Of a DNA stretch of 64,000 bases, positions 17,631 to 26,999 are shown piece after piece. The translations under genes and the position numbers were made by a program. Source of the DNA: a virus (Duplodnaviria; Heunggongvirae; Uroviricota; Caudoviricetes); the IMG/VR virus record IMGVR_UViG_2595698618_000001, positions 79,136-143,135 of that record; one strand, 5' to 3'. The notes below the pieces were generated by a model. The model saw only the letters and a list, made by a program, of their open reading frames with translations, searched no databases and was not told the DNA's origin. Every line of letters begins with the position of its first letter. Position 1 is the first letter of the stretch.

Positions 17631-20243
17631 ATGAGTTCAGAACAAGACGCGGCCAAGACCGACGACGAGTTTGCACAGTACCGCTCCACCGCTGGAGCCG
17701 AGGTTAAGACGGCAGATGTTGCGAGTGATACGCACCCCCTCAAGGCAGAAATCGGGGACCAGAAGGAGCGCATCTATGACGCAAAAATCGCCGGAGAACG
17801 GTTCGTTCAGTTCTACGACGATAGTGCGGCGGCTATCCGCGAGTATCTTTCCAACGCGGAGACTGCCTGCATCCGTCGAGCGCGGCACGAGTTGCTGGAT
17901 GCTGGTGTCTCGGAGCAGGACATTCCGAGTAACGTGGCAGACCTCATCGAGATGGCGCAGGAGGTTGCTGGATACGAACCTCTTATTGAAGTGACGTACA
18001 ATCGCAAGAGCGACGAGACTCGCCTCGTTATCGAGGATAACGGTATCGGCATCTCTGTCGAGGAATATCAGGTGCTTCAGCGCATCGGCTACTCCACGTC
18101 TCACGGAAACGGTGAGCGTCTTGGGCAGTTCGGGATGGGCTTTATGTCAGGGTTCCAACTGACGAGTATTCACGGTGCGTTCCGTATGTTCACCCGGTCG
18201 TACCTCACGGAAGAAGCGTACAGCACGGTGGAGTACGTGGCAAACTGTGAATATCTGGATGGCGCACCCGAGACTTACGGGACCCGTTTCGAGTTCCCCG
18301 AGTTCGGTGAGGCGGCGAAGGAGATTCACATCCCCGCAAAAGTGGCAGAATATGCGGAGGGGATGCGCGTCCCCGTCCTGTACCGGGATTTCAACTCCTC
18401 GGGTCAGGAGACTGCGGAGAGTGACGACTTCCTTCCCCGCAATATCGAGGATGATTACAGCGATGATAGTCTCGTCGTTACGTTCGAGAACGACTACTTC
18501 AAGGCTGTTATGAGTCCTGATAAGCCGACGAACCGCCCCAACTCTCACGAACTTGTCACGTACAACGTGACGATGCCTATTCGACGCAACCTCGATTCGT
18601 GGAGTACGAACGACAAGTTCGAGGCTCCGTGGAAGTGGGACTTCCGTGGCAAGAAGGAAGACGGCCCCATCGTGAAGTGCGAGTCCGATGCCTCCGTCGA
18701 GGGTCTGGTTCCTGTCGAGAACAGCAAGTACGACAATATGATTCAGGAACAGCAGGCCAAGCATCTCCCGATGAGCGACGTTCCCGACGACGCAATCGTG
18801 ATGCCCGGTCCTGCGTCCAGCCGAGACTCCTATATGGGAGGCCACGACGACTTCTGGAAGTACGTGTCGGAGTGCCTGAACGAAGCGTGGGCTGAGATTG
18901 CCAAGGAGCGTTTCGAGAACCTCTCGTCGTGGGATGACTTCAAGGCTCTTGAGCGTGACGAGAAGAACGCGCTCTACCGCGCCTACAGCCAGTTCGGTCC
19001 TTCTTACGGGACGAACGACCCTGATAACATTCAGGAGACGCTCGAAGATGCATTCGGCGTCACGGTCCCGAAGGACGTGTGTGAGAAGATTGACAAGTCT
19101 CGCAAGAGTCTGATGGTGGTTCCACGAGGTCACAATCAGGCTCACCACAAGAAGCCTGCCAAGCGCAACAAGAAGAAGATTTGGCAGATTATTGACGAAG
19201 CGCCCGATGGCGTCTATATGGGCAAGTCCGTCAGTCAGAAGAAGGCGGAGATTGCGTGGGGTCTTGGCGATACTCACGTCATTCGGATTCAGCCTGACGA
19301 TGGGCAGACCTCTAAAGAGCGATACGCGGAATTGGAGGAACTGTGGGGCTTCAAGAAGTTGAAGGACCTTCCCAACTCGAAACTCAAGGAGCGTCTTCCG
19401 AATCTGGACGACGACGTTGCTGAGGAGTGGGAGAACGCGGATTACGTCAACAACACGTCCTCGTCTGGCGGTCGTCGGACGAGCCGTGACCCTACCACGA
19501 AGCGTATCAAGGTTCGTGTCGGGAAGCGTAGCCACCGCTACTTCAGCCGCTCGAAAGTGTCGTACATCGTGGACCAGTTGGAGAACGACGATGGGATTCG
19601 TGCAGGCAACTACACGGTGAAGAAACTCATCATCTACGACCAGACGAAGGTGGGTTCTACCCCAAGCACTCGGCACGCTGACAAGTACGGCGAGCCGGGA
19701 ATCGCTGTCGCCGCTGTCCCGAAGTACGTCTACAACTACCTCAAGGACAAGAAGAACGTCTACACGGACTACGACTCCCTCAAGGATGAACTGGTGCAGG
19801 ACGAGTTGGACGAGTATGACAATTCGGAGACGCTTATCTTCGCATCGAGCGAAGTGTTCAACGAGTACGAATCGAACGAGCAGGAACTTGTCAGCCTCCT
19901 GAACGAACACTCCGACGCTGGCCTCAACGAAGACGCAGACATTGAGGTTTACAGCACGAGTGACGCGAAGAACATCAGCCACGCACAGGGCACGGACTTC
20001 AATGCGAAGGTCGTCTCTGTTAACGGGAACCGTGCGGCTCGCGGCCTGAGCGAAGCCGACTACAAACTCAATCTGGTGGACCTGAAGTTCGCCCGAGAGG
20101 TTCCTGAGATGGACTTCGACGCGCCTGAGTTCAAGCAGGTCTTCGGTCGCAAGAAGTACCTCGACGCGGATTCCGCGAAGATGAACCGTGGCATCGAGAT
20201 TGTTAAAGCCTGCGGAGGTAAGTGGCCGAGTCAGCAGGACTGA
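17631..20243 (+). CDS. large GHKL-superfamily ATPase-domain protein (870 aa)
   Basis: N-terminal region paralogous to 5141..6730 (REYLSNAETACIRRA; IEDNGIGIS; GQFGMGFMSGF); long basic/acidic C-terminal extension. Confidence 0.7.
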   Translation: MSSEQDAAKTDDEFAQYRSTAGAEVKTADVASDTHPLKAEIGDQKERIYDAKIAGERFVQFYDDSAAAIREYLSNAETACIRRARHELLDAGVSEQDIPSNVADLIEMAQEVAGYEPLIEVTYNRKSDETRLVIEDNGIGISVEEYQVLQRIGYSTSHGNGERLGQFGMGFMSGFQLTSIHGAFRMFTRSYLTEEAYSTVEYVANCEYLDGAPETYGTRFEFPEFGEAAKEIHIPAKVAEYAEGMRVPVLYRDFNSSGQETAESDDFLPRNIEDDYSDDSLVVTFENDYFKAVMSPDKPTNRPNSHELVTYNVTMPIRRNLDSWSTNDKFEAPWKWDFRGKKEDGPIVKCESDASVEGLVPVENSKYDNMIQEQQAKHLPMSDVPDDAIVMPGPASSRDSYMGGHDDFWKYVSECLNEAWAEIAKERFENLSSWDDFKALERDEKNALYRAYSQFGPSYGTNDPDNIQETLEDAFGVTVPKDVCEKIDKSRKSLMVVPRGHNQAHHKKPAKRNKKKIWQIIDEAPDGVYMGKSVSQKKAEIAWGLGDTHVIRIQPDDGQTSKERYAELEELWGFKKLKDLPNSKLKERLPNLDDDVAEEWENADYVNNTSSSGGRRTSRDPTTKRIKVRVGKRSHRYFSRSKVSYIVDQLENDDGIRAGNYTVKKLIIYDQTKVGSTPSTRHADKYGEPGIAVAAVPKYVYNYLKDKKNVYTDYDSLKDELVQDELDEYDNSETLIFASSEVFNEYESNEQELVSLLNEHSDAGLNEDADIEVYSTSDAKNISHAQGTDFNAKVVSVNGNRAARGLSEADYKLNLVDLKFAREVPEMDFDAPEFKQVFGRKKYLDADSAKMNRGIEIVKACGGKWPSQQD

Positions 20244-20286
20244 GAAAATCGAAAGATTTAAGTAGTAGTGCTACGTAGTGCTATGT

Positions 20287-20418
20287 ATGGCACGAGATAA
20301 GAGTGTTGCAGTTTCAGAGTATGAATTAAATCTGCTTCGAGAGAAGCGGATGGAGTTATTCGGTACAGACGAAGTACCATATGGTGTAGTTATTTCTACA
20401 CTTTGTGAAGATGACTGA
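20287..20418 (+). CDS. small 'MARD' protein (43 aa), paralog of 40010..40156
   Basis: Hand-found ORF MARDKSVAVSEYELNLLREKRMELFGTDEVPYG; overlaps start of downstream endonuclease gene. Confidence 0.4.
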   Translation: MARDKSVAVSEYELNLLREKRMELFGTDEVPYGVVISTLCEDD

Positions 20419-21037
20419 ATGCCCTGCGTGCGGCAAGTCGTTTGAATCTATTGGTACACATTGGAGATACAATAACCATAGACCAGACTTTACTCCATAT
20501 CAACACGATGTTATTATAGGTTTACTTATGGGAGATGGTTCCATAAATAGAGGCGATAAGAATCCATATCTACAAGTAGAGATGATTACAGAGCCATATA
20601 TGAAATATTTGTGTGAGATATTTGATAAACTCGGCAGAGGGTACAGCATTTCCAAAGAATCAAACGGTAATCATAAAAAGAAGTTTCAGTTTACAACCAG
20701 AAATAATCCAAATTTAAAAGAGTATTCAGACTGGTATTCAACTGGCAAGAAGGTTTGGCCGAGTGATATTCATCTCACACCAACGGTGTTGACGCATTGG
20801 TATGTTGGGGATGGTCATTTTAATGAGAGTAATGCTACTCCATTTATTGAAATATCAATGGCTAATGAGATTGATAACAGAGATAAAGTGTGCGATATGT
20901 TCCGACGTGTAGATTTACCGGAGCCTACATTCAACTACTCATCAGCAAGGTGGTCTGTCAATGAATCTAAAGAACTATTTGAATATATGAACGACCCATT
21001 ACCCGGATTCGAGTATAAGTTCCCCTCGCAGAAGTAA
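20411..21037 (+). CDS. LAGLIDADG-type homing endonuclease-like protein with N-terminal zinc finger
   Basis: ECPACGK...GLLMGDGSI...HWYVGDGHF; strongly AT-rich relative to surroundings; paralog of 2175..2804; ATG 20411 (track start 20405 is GTG). Confidence 0.65.
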   Translation: MTECPACGKSFESIGTHWRYNNHRPDFTPYQHDVIIGLLMGDGSINRGDKNPYLQVEMITEPYMKYLCEIFDKLGRGYSISKESNGNHKKKFQFTTRNNPNLKEYSDWYSTGKKVWPSDIHLTPTVLTHWYVGDGHFNESNATPFIEISMANEIDNRDKVCDMFRRVDLPEPTFNYSSARWSVNESKELFEYMNDPLPGFEYKFPSQK

Positions 21038-21084
21038 CGCGAATCGAAACTCTTTTTAGGTAGTGGTGCGTCTGTAGAGACGTA

Positions 21085-21336
21085 ATGATACTCGAATTGA
21101 TTATCCTGATTTTCGTCGCTGGTGTCTCCGTATTCAACGTGAGTCACATCCGACGACAGTATAGACAGAATCGTGTGACCGCAGGCTGGACCTTCTGGTT
21201 GCTCTACGCCGTAGCCTTTGTGATGGTATTCTGGACGGCAATCACCGGAGCCTACATCCTGCTTCTTGCGTGGCTTATTATGCTCGGAGTGGACTCGCTT
21301 CAGGCGTACTACTACTTCGAGCAGGACGACGAGTAG
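21085..21336 (+). CDS. membrane protein (3 TM)
   Basis: ORF-track ORF; hydrophobic. Confidence 0.5.
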   Translation: MILELIILIFVAGVSVFNVSHIRRQYRQNRVTAGWTFWLLYAVAFVMVFWTAITGAYILLLAWLIMLGVDSLQAYYYFEQDDE

Positions 21337-21377
21337 AAAGAGTTAAGTACCCATAGCAACAATAATAGAGTGTAACA

Positions 21378-22394
21378 ATGAGTCGAGATTACAACCTAAG
21401 CGAACTGGCAGAAGCGGAGATTGTTCCCAATCAGGGCGGCCCGAATGCGTGGCTCGTCCGGTTTGGCGAAGGAGACTACGACCTCGTGAGCAAGACGGCG
21501 AAGCACCGCCTCATTCTTGAGGATGGCGTGCTGGACCGAGACTCGTTCGAGTACGGTGGTGTCACGGTCGGCGTGAACTTCCAGAACGACGAGTATACGC
21601 TGGAGCGAGGCGGCGATGAGGTGCGTGTTCCTACGGAGAAGCACGAACACGTTCTGTGGAGCCTCCACGACGAGGATGGCCCACGCCTCAACAAACTGTT
21701 CGATGAACTGCACGTCCCCACCGTCCGACAGGGTGTGATGGATATGCTGATGCCCCGCTTCCGTGAGGCGAAGACTGACATTCGCAAGACGGAAGACGGC
21801 TGGCTCGTCTCGGGAGATATTCTCGTCTCGTGGGACGGCTCGAACCACCCCGTTGACGTGGGACAGACTCACGTTGTTCGAGGCGGCGATGCAGTCGTCG
21901 CAGACGAGGATAAGCAGGCTCGTGAGATTAACTTCTCCCTTCCGTCTGATACGAGCGTGACGCTTCCGAATGGAACGAGTACGGACCTCGATGAAGTCGA
22001 GGTTAAGTTCCTCACCACGGTCGGCCTGATTCTCGGTCGAGGCACGCCCGGTCTGTACGACGATGGGCTGTCTCAGGCGATTCAGGATTCGCGCATCGTC
22101 GGCTTCACCGATACGAAGTCCGGCCTGCACCACGGTCACGGGATGAGCAAGCACACTCTCGATATGCTTGGCGTCACGGATGAGGCGACGGAACGCCTCT
22201 GGTACAACGAGTACGACCACGCTGGCGTCCACGAACTCTACGTTCGCCGCAACGAGTTCGAGACTGCCCCCATCGACGTGTTCGAGGATGCGGCCAACGA
22301 CGACCCCTCCAAATGGAGCAAGATTCAGAACACCTCTCGCAAGGCCCCCATCCCGAAGTCCGTTCGACAGGACCTCGAATCCCGCTACGAGTGA
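21378..22394 (+). CDS. hypothetical protein (338 aa)
   Basis: ORF-track ORF; consensus promoter gaaagagTTAAGTA upstream. The equally long antisense ORF has none. Confidence 0.55.
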   Translation: MSRDYNLSELAEAEIVPNQGGPNAWLVRFGEGDYDLVSKTAKHRLILEDGVLDRDSFEYGGVTVGVNFQNDEYTLERGGDEVRVPTEKHEHVLWSLHDEDGPRLNKLFDELHVPTVRQGVMDMLMPRFREAKTDIRKTEDGWLVSGDILVSWDGSNHPVDVGQTHVVRGGDAVVADEDKQAREINFSLPSDTSVTLPNGTSTDLDEVEVKFLTTVGLILGRGTPGLYDDGLSQAIQDSRIVGFTDTKSGLHHGHGMSKHTLDMLGVTDEATERLWYNEYDHAGVHELYVRRNEFETAPIDVFEDAANDDPSKWSKIQNTSRKAPIPKSVRQDLESRYE

Positions 22395-22432
22395 GGGAAA
22401 CACTTAAGTAAGTAGCGGCCCTCTCTTTCTGT

Positions 22433-23152
22433 ATGAGCAAAGTCTTAGTATTCAGCGACGTTCACGGCAACCTTCCAGCAATGGAGGCTGTTCTCACGGA
22501 AGGCTTAAACCGTAACGTCGATTCATTCGTTTCAGTCGGTGACACAATGGGCGTCCTCGGCTGGCCGCAAGACACGGCGAAACTCGTCCGTGACGTGACA
22601 GAACACGCCGTCTACGGCAACCACGACGCCTACTTCCGTAGTGACTTCAATTGGGTCCCACACCACCCAAGCCAAAAACAAGAGCATCGTGTCGTTACTG
22701 AAAATATGTACGGATGCGTCCAAAAATGGCTGGACGACCTACCCGAAGAAGTCTACGCCGAGTACGGCGATAAGACTCTCTACATCGTCCACGCTAATCC
22801 GTTCACACCTCGCCTACTTGACAAACGTTGGGGCGAGTATAAGTGCGGCTACCCCGCTGACGGCTACTGCGGCAAAGGAAAATATACCAAAGTCGCATCT
22901 TTCGTGGATGCAGATTACGTTGCCTTGGGACACACGCACCAGCAAGCCAAACTCGACTGCTCGAAATTTGGTCACGATACCATCGTGTTCAATCCCGGTA
23001 GTGTCGGCGCACCTTACGACGAACCTGCCCGCTTCGCAATCCTTAATACTACGGAGAACGAAGTAGAACTATGCTCAACGGAATACGACGTGGAGAAAGT
23101 CAAAACACGCTTCGAGGAATTGAACATCACGGAGGACGGTGATTACCCGTGA
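22433..23152 (+). CDS. calcineurin-like metallophosphoesterase
   Basis: VFSDVHGN...GDTMG...GNHD...GHTH motifs. Confidence 0.7.
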   Translation: MSKVLVFSDVHGNLPAMEAVLTEGLNRNVDSFVSVGDTMGVLGWPQDTAKLVRDVTEHAVYGNHDAYFRSDFNWVPHHPSQKQEHRVVTENMYGCVQKWLDDLPEEVYAEYGDKTLYIVHANPFTPRLLDKRWGEYKCGYPADGYCGKGKYTKVASFVDADYVALGHTHQQAKLDCSKFGHDTIVFNPGSVGAPYDEPARFAILNTTENEVELCSTEYDVEKVKTRFEELNITEDGDYP

Positions 23153-23406
23153 CTGTAGAGTTAGTCTGGAAGAACAAGGAATACCTCGGCAAAGGTCTTG
23201 TTCTCCAACGAGCAAACGTGTCAAATGTAAAGAGTTGCAGTTCCGGCAGTTACGAGAAGAACCCTGACCCTGCACTCAAGAGCGAGAATGGCGAGTACGT
23301 TGAGCGATGGCGCATCGTACACTTGTCAGAGTTCGTGGAGAACTATGACGAGATTGAAATGAACATCGAGAACCGAATCGGAGAATTGGTCACAGATGGG
23401 GAGTAG
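23149..23406 (+). CDS. hypothetical protein, tandem paralog A
   Basis: VWKNKEYLGKGLVLQ...RIVHLSEF resembles next gene. Confidence 0.5.
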   Translation: MTVELVWKNKEYLGKGLVLQRANVSNVKSCSSGSYEKNPDPALKSENGEYVERWRIVHLSEFVENYDEIEMNIENRIGELVTDGE

Positions 23407-23668
23407 TTACGTCTGGAAGGTCGAGAGATGGCTGGACAAGGGATTCGTCTTGCAACAGAAGTACGAGGCTAACACGAGCCGCAGAAGCGGCGTGAAAGAA
23501 GTCAAAGGACCAGCCTACCAAGAGACGGACGACAGTTCTCGATACAACCAAGAGTACGAGGAAGTATTCAGAATCGTACACATTTCGGAGATTGGTTCTA
23601 TCGACCGAGAAGAAGTCGAGGCAAAAGCCGTGGAGCATATCGGAAATGAAGTCCTCAAAGACGATTAG
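23396..23668 (+). CDS. hypothetical protein, tandem paralog B
   Basis: VWKVERWLDKGFVLQ...RIVHISEI. Confidence 0.5.
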   Translation: MGSSYVWKVERWLDKGFVLQQKYEANTSRRSGVKEVKGPAYQETDDSSRYNQEYEEVFRIVHISEIGSIDREEVEAKAVEHIGNEVLKDD

Positions 23669-23729
23669 CAAGACTCGAACTTGCGAGTGGTGCAAAAGAC
23701 TTAAGTAACAACTCCACGTATTACAAAGT

Positions 23730-23948
23730 ATGACAGACCTTACCGATGATTACAACCGAATCGTGGCAAGCCTCGAAGGGCGCACCTTAGAGGACGAATG
23801 GGAAGACAACCCCGAGCCTGAGAAGACAGAACTCGACGGTCGCGTTATCCTTGACACCAACATCGAAGGACAGGCGTGGCTTTGGCACTCGGAGAATCCT
23901 GACGCCAACCTCACCTACGTCGGAGAAACGATGGAGTTAAGTAGATAG
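23730..23948 (+). CDS. hypothetical protein
   Basis: ORF-track ORF. Confidence 0.5.
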   Translation: MTDLTDDYNRIVASLEGRTLEDEWEDNPEPEKTELDGRVILDTNIEGQAWLWHSENPDANLTYVGETMELSR

Positions 23949-23958
23949 CCCCACAACT

Positions 23959-24681
23959 ATGAGTATGCACAAAGCAGAACGCATCTACCGAGATTTCAGC
24001 AAGGAGCGTGGCCCCTTCGAGCAGATGGACTTCCCCGAGAAGCGCCTCCTCGATGCAGTCGGTGGCAACAACGAGTACGAAGACGCAATGCTCCTGACGG
24101 CATTCTCAACGTGCGATTACAACCGAGACGCAATGCAACTCACGGATAACCTCATCGAGTTGTACGAGGAGAGCGGCGTCTACTTCGCTCCCAAGACCTA
24201 CAGCAAGGACGGCTCCGAAGATGAACTTGCAGAAGTCCTCGAAGGCATCGGCTTCCGGTATCCAAACCGAGACGCCCACGCGCTGTTCGTCAATTACGAG
24301 ATTATCGCAGATAAGTACGGAACAATCCAGAATCTCCTCAAGGGAGTCAACTACGACGCACCCAAACTCGTCTACCGCCTCCGAGAAGACGACTTCCTCT
24401 GCGTCAAGGGAAAGAAGATTGCCCCTATGTACGCACGCTTCCTATCAGATTACATTCACTCCCTCGACCGCCTGTGGGAGTTGGACATTCCCGTGGATAC
24501 TCACATCCGACGCCTATCCCACGATATGTTCCACTCGGACCTCTCAGACGACGAGATTCGTCAGCGATGGCGGAACATCGGCCACAACACAGGAGTCTCG
24601 CCACACGTCGTAGACGGCGCTCTGTGGCTAATCGGAAACAACTGGGACGACTGGGGAGAAAACTACTGGAACGAGGTGTAA
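23959..24681 (+). CDS. HhH-GPD-type DNA glycosylase-like protein (EndoIII/AGOG-like)
   Basis: IPVDTHIRRL resembles the VDTHVxR motif of endonuclease-III family. Confidence 0.4.
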   Translation: MSMHKAERIYRDFSKERGPFEQMDFPEKRLLDAVGGNNEYEDAMLLTAFSTCDYNRDAMQLTDNLIELYEESGVYFAPKTYSKDGSEDELAEVLEGIGFRYPNRDAHALFVNYEIIADKYGTIQNLLKGVNYDAPKLVYRLREDDFLCVKGKKIAPMYARFLSDYIHSLDRLWELDIPVDTHIRRLSHDMFHSDLSDDEIRQRWRNIGHNTGVSPHVVDGALWLIGNNWDDWGENYWNEV

Positions 24682-24682
24682 A

Positions 24683-24913
24683 ATGGGAGTCTCAATGGAG
24701 ACGCGGGAATTGGAAACTGGTTGGATTACCATCAACTCCGCAGTAGAACACGGCGTCCTCTACGCAATCCAAGCGGAAGTAACCCTTTACGGAGTCGCGT
24801 GGTTCTCGATGAATATCAACGGCGCTGACGAGTTAAAACTACAACTCGTTCCAACTGGCAACGTTCGGACGAAAGAAGTCGCATCGAAAGACTTAAGTAG
24901 TGGGAGTGCGTAA
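24683..24913 (+). CDS. hypothetical protein
   Basis: ORF-track ORF. Confidence 0.45.
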   Translation: MGVSMETRELETGWITINSAVEHGVLYAIQAEVTLYGVAWFSMNINGADELKLQLVPTGNVRTKEVASKDLSSGSA

Positions 24914-24914
24914 T

Positions 24915-24950
24915 TCAAATAAGGCTTGAAAGGGGTGACGAGTCCCTTTC
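24915..24950 (+). terminator. hairpin (gaAAGGGgtgacgagtCCCTTtcggg) after gene. An inverted copy of this element is at 47103..47145
   Basis: 6-bp stem directly after stop codon. Confidence 0.3.
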
Positions 24951-24966
24951 GGGAGGATTATAATAT

Positions 24967-25149
24967 ATGATAGGCGCTTATATCGCAATCACAGCATTGG
25001 TAGTAGTATGGGGATACATCCTCTACAAAATTAACAAGAACACCTCGTGGCGTAAATTATACAAGTCACTACGACTATCCAAGAAAGACGTAGAACGTCA
25101 GGAGAAAGTCCACTACCGCAAGAAAGGATGGACGGATAGACTTGAGTAA
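24967..25149 (+). CDS. small TM protein
   Basis: ORF-track ORF; N-terminal hydrophobic helix. Confidence 0.45.
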   Translation: MIGAYIAITALVVVWGYILYKINKNTSWRKLYKSLRLSKKDVERQEKVHYRKKGWTDRLE

Positions 25150-25180
25150 GGTTTAAGTACGTACAACACGAAGGGATAGT

Positions 25181-25855
25181 ATGGAACTGAAAGACCTTGA
25201 AGTACGCAAGATGAACTCGTCTAAGGGGCGAGACTTCATCTTAGAGCATCACTACAGCGGCTCCTGTCACGGAGGCCCTATGTGTTGGGGTTTGTACGAG
25301 CAGGTAGACGAGGAAGACGCTCGCGGTAAGGAGTATAGCGAACGCCTCGTCGGAGTCTGCGCCTTCGCTACCCCAATCAGCGAGAACGTCCGACGCTCTA
25401 TCTGGCGAGACGACGTAGCAGAAGAAATGAAGAATCACGTCACGGAGTTGCATCGACTCGTCACCTTAGACGAGTGCCCAAAGAATACGGAGACGTGGTT
25501 CATCAGCCGCGCCCTCAAGGGATTGAAGGATTACAAAGAGAAGTATAAGGCTGTCATCAGTTTCGCAGATTCCACCGAGGGACACGCTGGCACTATTTAT
25601 CAAGCCAGTAACGCCATTTATTACGGCAGAACCGGAGAGAATACATTCTATCGAGACGGTGATGGCAACCTCCGAGCGCCTCGGCAGAACGGAGTCAACA
25701 TCTCTAAGAAGGAAGCACGAGAGCGAGGCTGGACTCCTGAGAAGCGTAAGGCGAAGCATCGGTATCTATTCCTGCTCCCTGACGCTTACGAAAGCAAGGA
25801 CGACGTTCGAGAGTTACTCGACGTTCCTGAACAAGACTACCCCGAGGGATTATAA
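25181..25855 (+). CDS. hypothetical protein (224 aa)
   Basis: ORF-track ORF. Confidence 0.55.
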   Translation: MELKDLEVRKMNSSKGRDFILEHHYSGSCHGGPMCWGLYEQVDEEDARGKEYSERLVGVCAFATPISENVRRSIWRDDVAEEMKNHVTELHRLVTLDECPKNTETWFISRALKGLKDYKEKYKAVISFADSTEGHAGTIYQASNAIYYGRTGENTFYRDGDGNLRAPRQNGVNISKKEARERGWTPEKRKAKHRYLFLLPDAYESKDDVRELLDVPEQDYPEGL

Positions 25856-26001
25856 TGGCTCCTGACATTTTCATCGCATTCTTAATCATTGGAATGTTCT
25901 TCCCTATCGTGTCGCTTATTGGAGCAATCCTGCTATTCCTCGATGGATTCGGCGGGGCGGCTCTCATACTGTTCGTTTGGTGGCTCTTGTGGGAAGAATG
26001 A
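25855..26001 (+). CDS. micro membrane protein (48 aa)
   Basis: Hand-found; TAATG junction; hydrophobic. Confidence 0.4.
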   Translation: MAPDIFIAFLIIGMFFPIVSLIGAILLFLDGFGGAALILFVWWLLWEE

Positions 26002-26036
26002 AAAGGTTTAAGTGGATAGCAACCTTCTAAAGAAGT

Positions 26037-26999
26037 ATGAGAAAGTATCCGAAGATTAAATATCCTAACGACGAGGAGGCTCGCGGCGTTTTCGCCAAGG
26101 GCGATATTGTCATTCAGGAGAAACTTGACGGTGGTAACTTTCGCTTCACACACGAGCGGAATTTGGACGAGGAATATCACACAGACTCCCGTGATATAGT
26201 GTTCGGTAGTCGCAACGTTCAGTTCAAGAATGTGCGCGATGAAAACAAGCAGTTCGAGCGACCGATGAACTACATTCGAGAGAACGTCAACCCTCAGCAC
26301 ATCCTCGACGTTGAGGATTGGTATGATGGGCGGCTGACGTTCTTCGGAGAGGCAATGACTCCCCACACGCTTGAGTACGATTGGGAGGAAACACCCGGCT
26401 TCGTCGGATTCGACGTGTACGACGAGGCTTCTGGTCGCTGGCTCAACCACACGGAACTCGAACGTGCCTTCGAGCATCTCGGCCTCCCGACTGCGGAGAT
26501 TGTAGATATTGTCTCCGCTGAAGCGTGGGACGATTACGAGGTCGAAGTTCCGCAGAGCGAGTACGGAGAAGTCGAGGCAGAGGGCCTGACCTTCAAGAAC
26601 TACGAGACACAGACCTTCTCCAAGTTCGTGCGAGACGACTTCAAGGAGAAGAACAAGAAGACGTTCGGCGGAGGCGGCGGCAATCCCAACAAAGAGCCGT
26701 CCGGTGCTGAGAAACTCTCGTACCAGTACGTGACGAACGCTCGTATCGAGAAGAACGCTCACAAGATGGTAGACGAAGGGCCGTTTGAGAGTCTCAAGAT
26801 GGAGATGATGCAACCCACGGATGGGCACGACGGCCTCCCGCAAGCGGTCATTCGTGATATGGCCGAGGAGGAAGGCGTGAACATCTTCCTCAACGAGCGA
26901 TGGGAAGTTGACATTGGCGAGTTCCGCTCCATCACGGCAAGCCGCTGTGCCGCTGTCTTGAAGCAGATGATTCAAAAGCGGGCGGTCGAGGAACTATGA
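26037..26999 (+). CDS. RNA-ligase-like covalent nucleotidyltransferase
   Basis: Motif I EKLDGGN; motif IV EGLTFK; ~320 aa, no OB/DNA-ligase C-terminal motif VI. Confidence 0.55.
   Translation: MRKYPKIKYPNDEEARGVFAKGDIVIQEKLDGGNFRFTHERNLDEEYHTDSRDIVFGSRNVQFKNVRDENKQFERPMNYIRENVNPQHILDVEDWYDGRLTFFGEAMTPHTLEYDWEETPGFVGFDVYDEASGRWLNHTELERAFEHLGLPTAEIVDIVSAEAWDDYEVEVPQSEYGEVEAEGLTFKNYETQTFSKFVRDDFKEKNKKTFGGGGGNPNKEPSGAEKLSYQYVTNARIEKNAHKMVDEGPFESLKMEMMQPTDGHDGLPQAVIRDMAEEEGVNIFLNERWEVDIGEFRSITASRCAAVLKQMIQKRAVEEL

Noticed and set aside
20286-21040. Self-splicing intron or intein context for the LAGLIDADG genes
   Set aside because: Both are free-standing ORFs with their own start codons and upstream promoter-like sequence. 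There are no flanking extein continuity or group-I intron structural cores that I can see by eye. I kept them as free-standing homing-endonuclease-like genes.
25181-25855. Possible Mom-like / acyltransferase assignment for the 224-aa protein (HHYSGS...GGPMCWGL...IYQASNAIYYGRT)
   Set aside because: I have only a vague recollection of similarity and cannot point to a defining motif. I left it as hypothetical.
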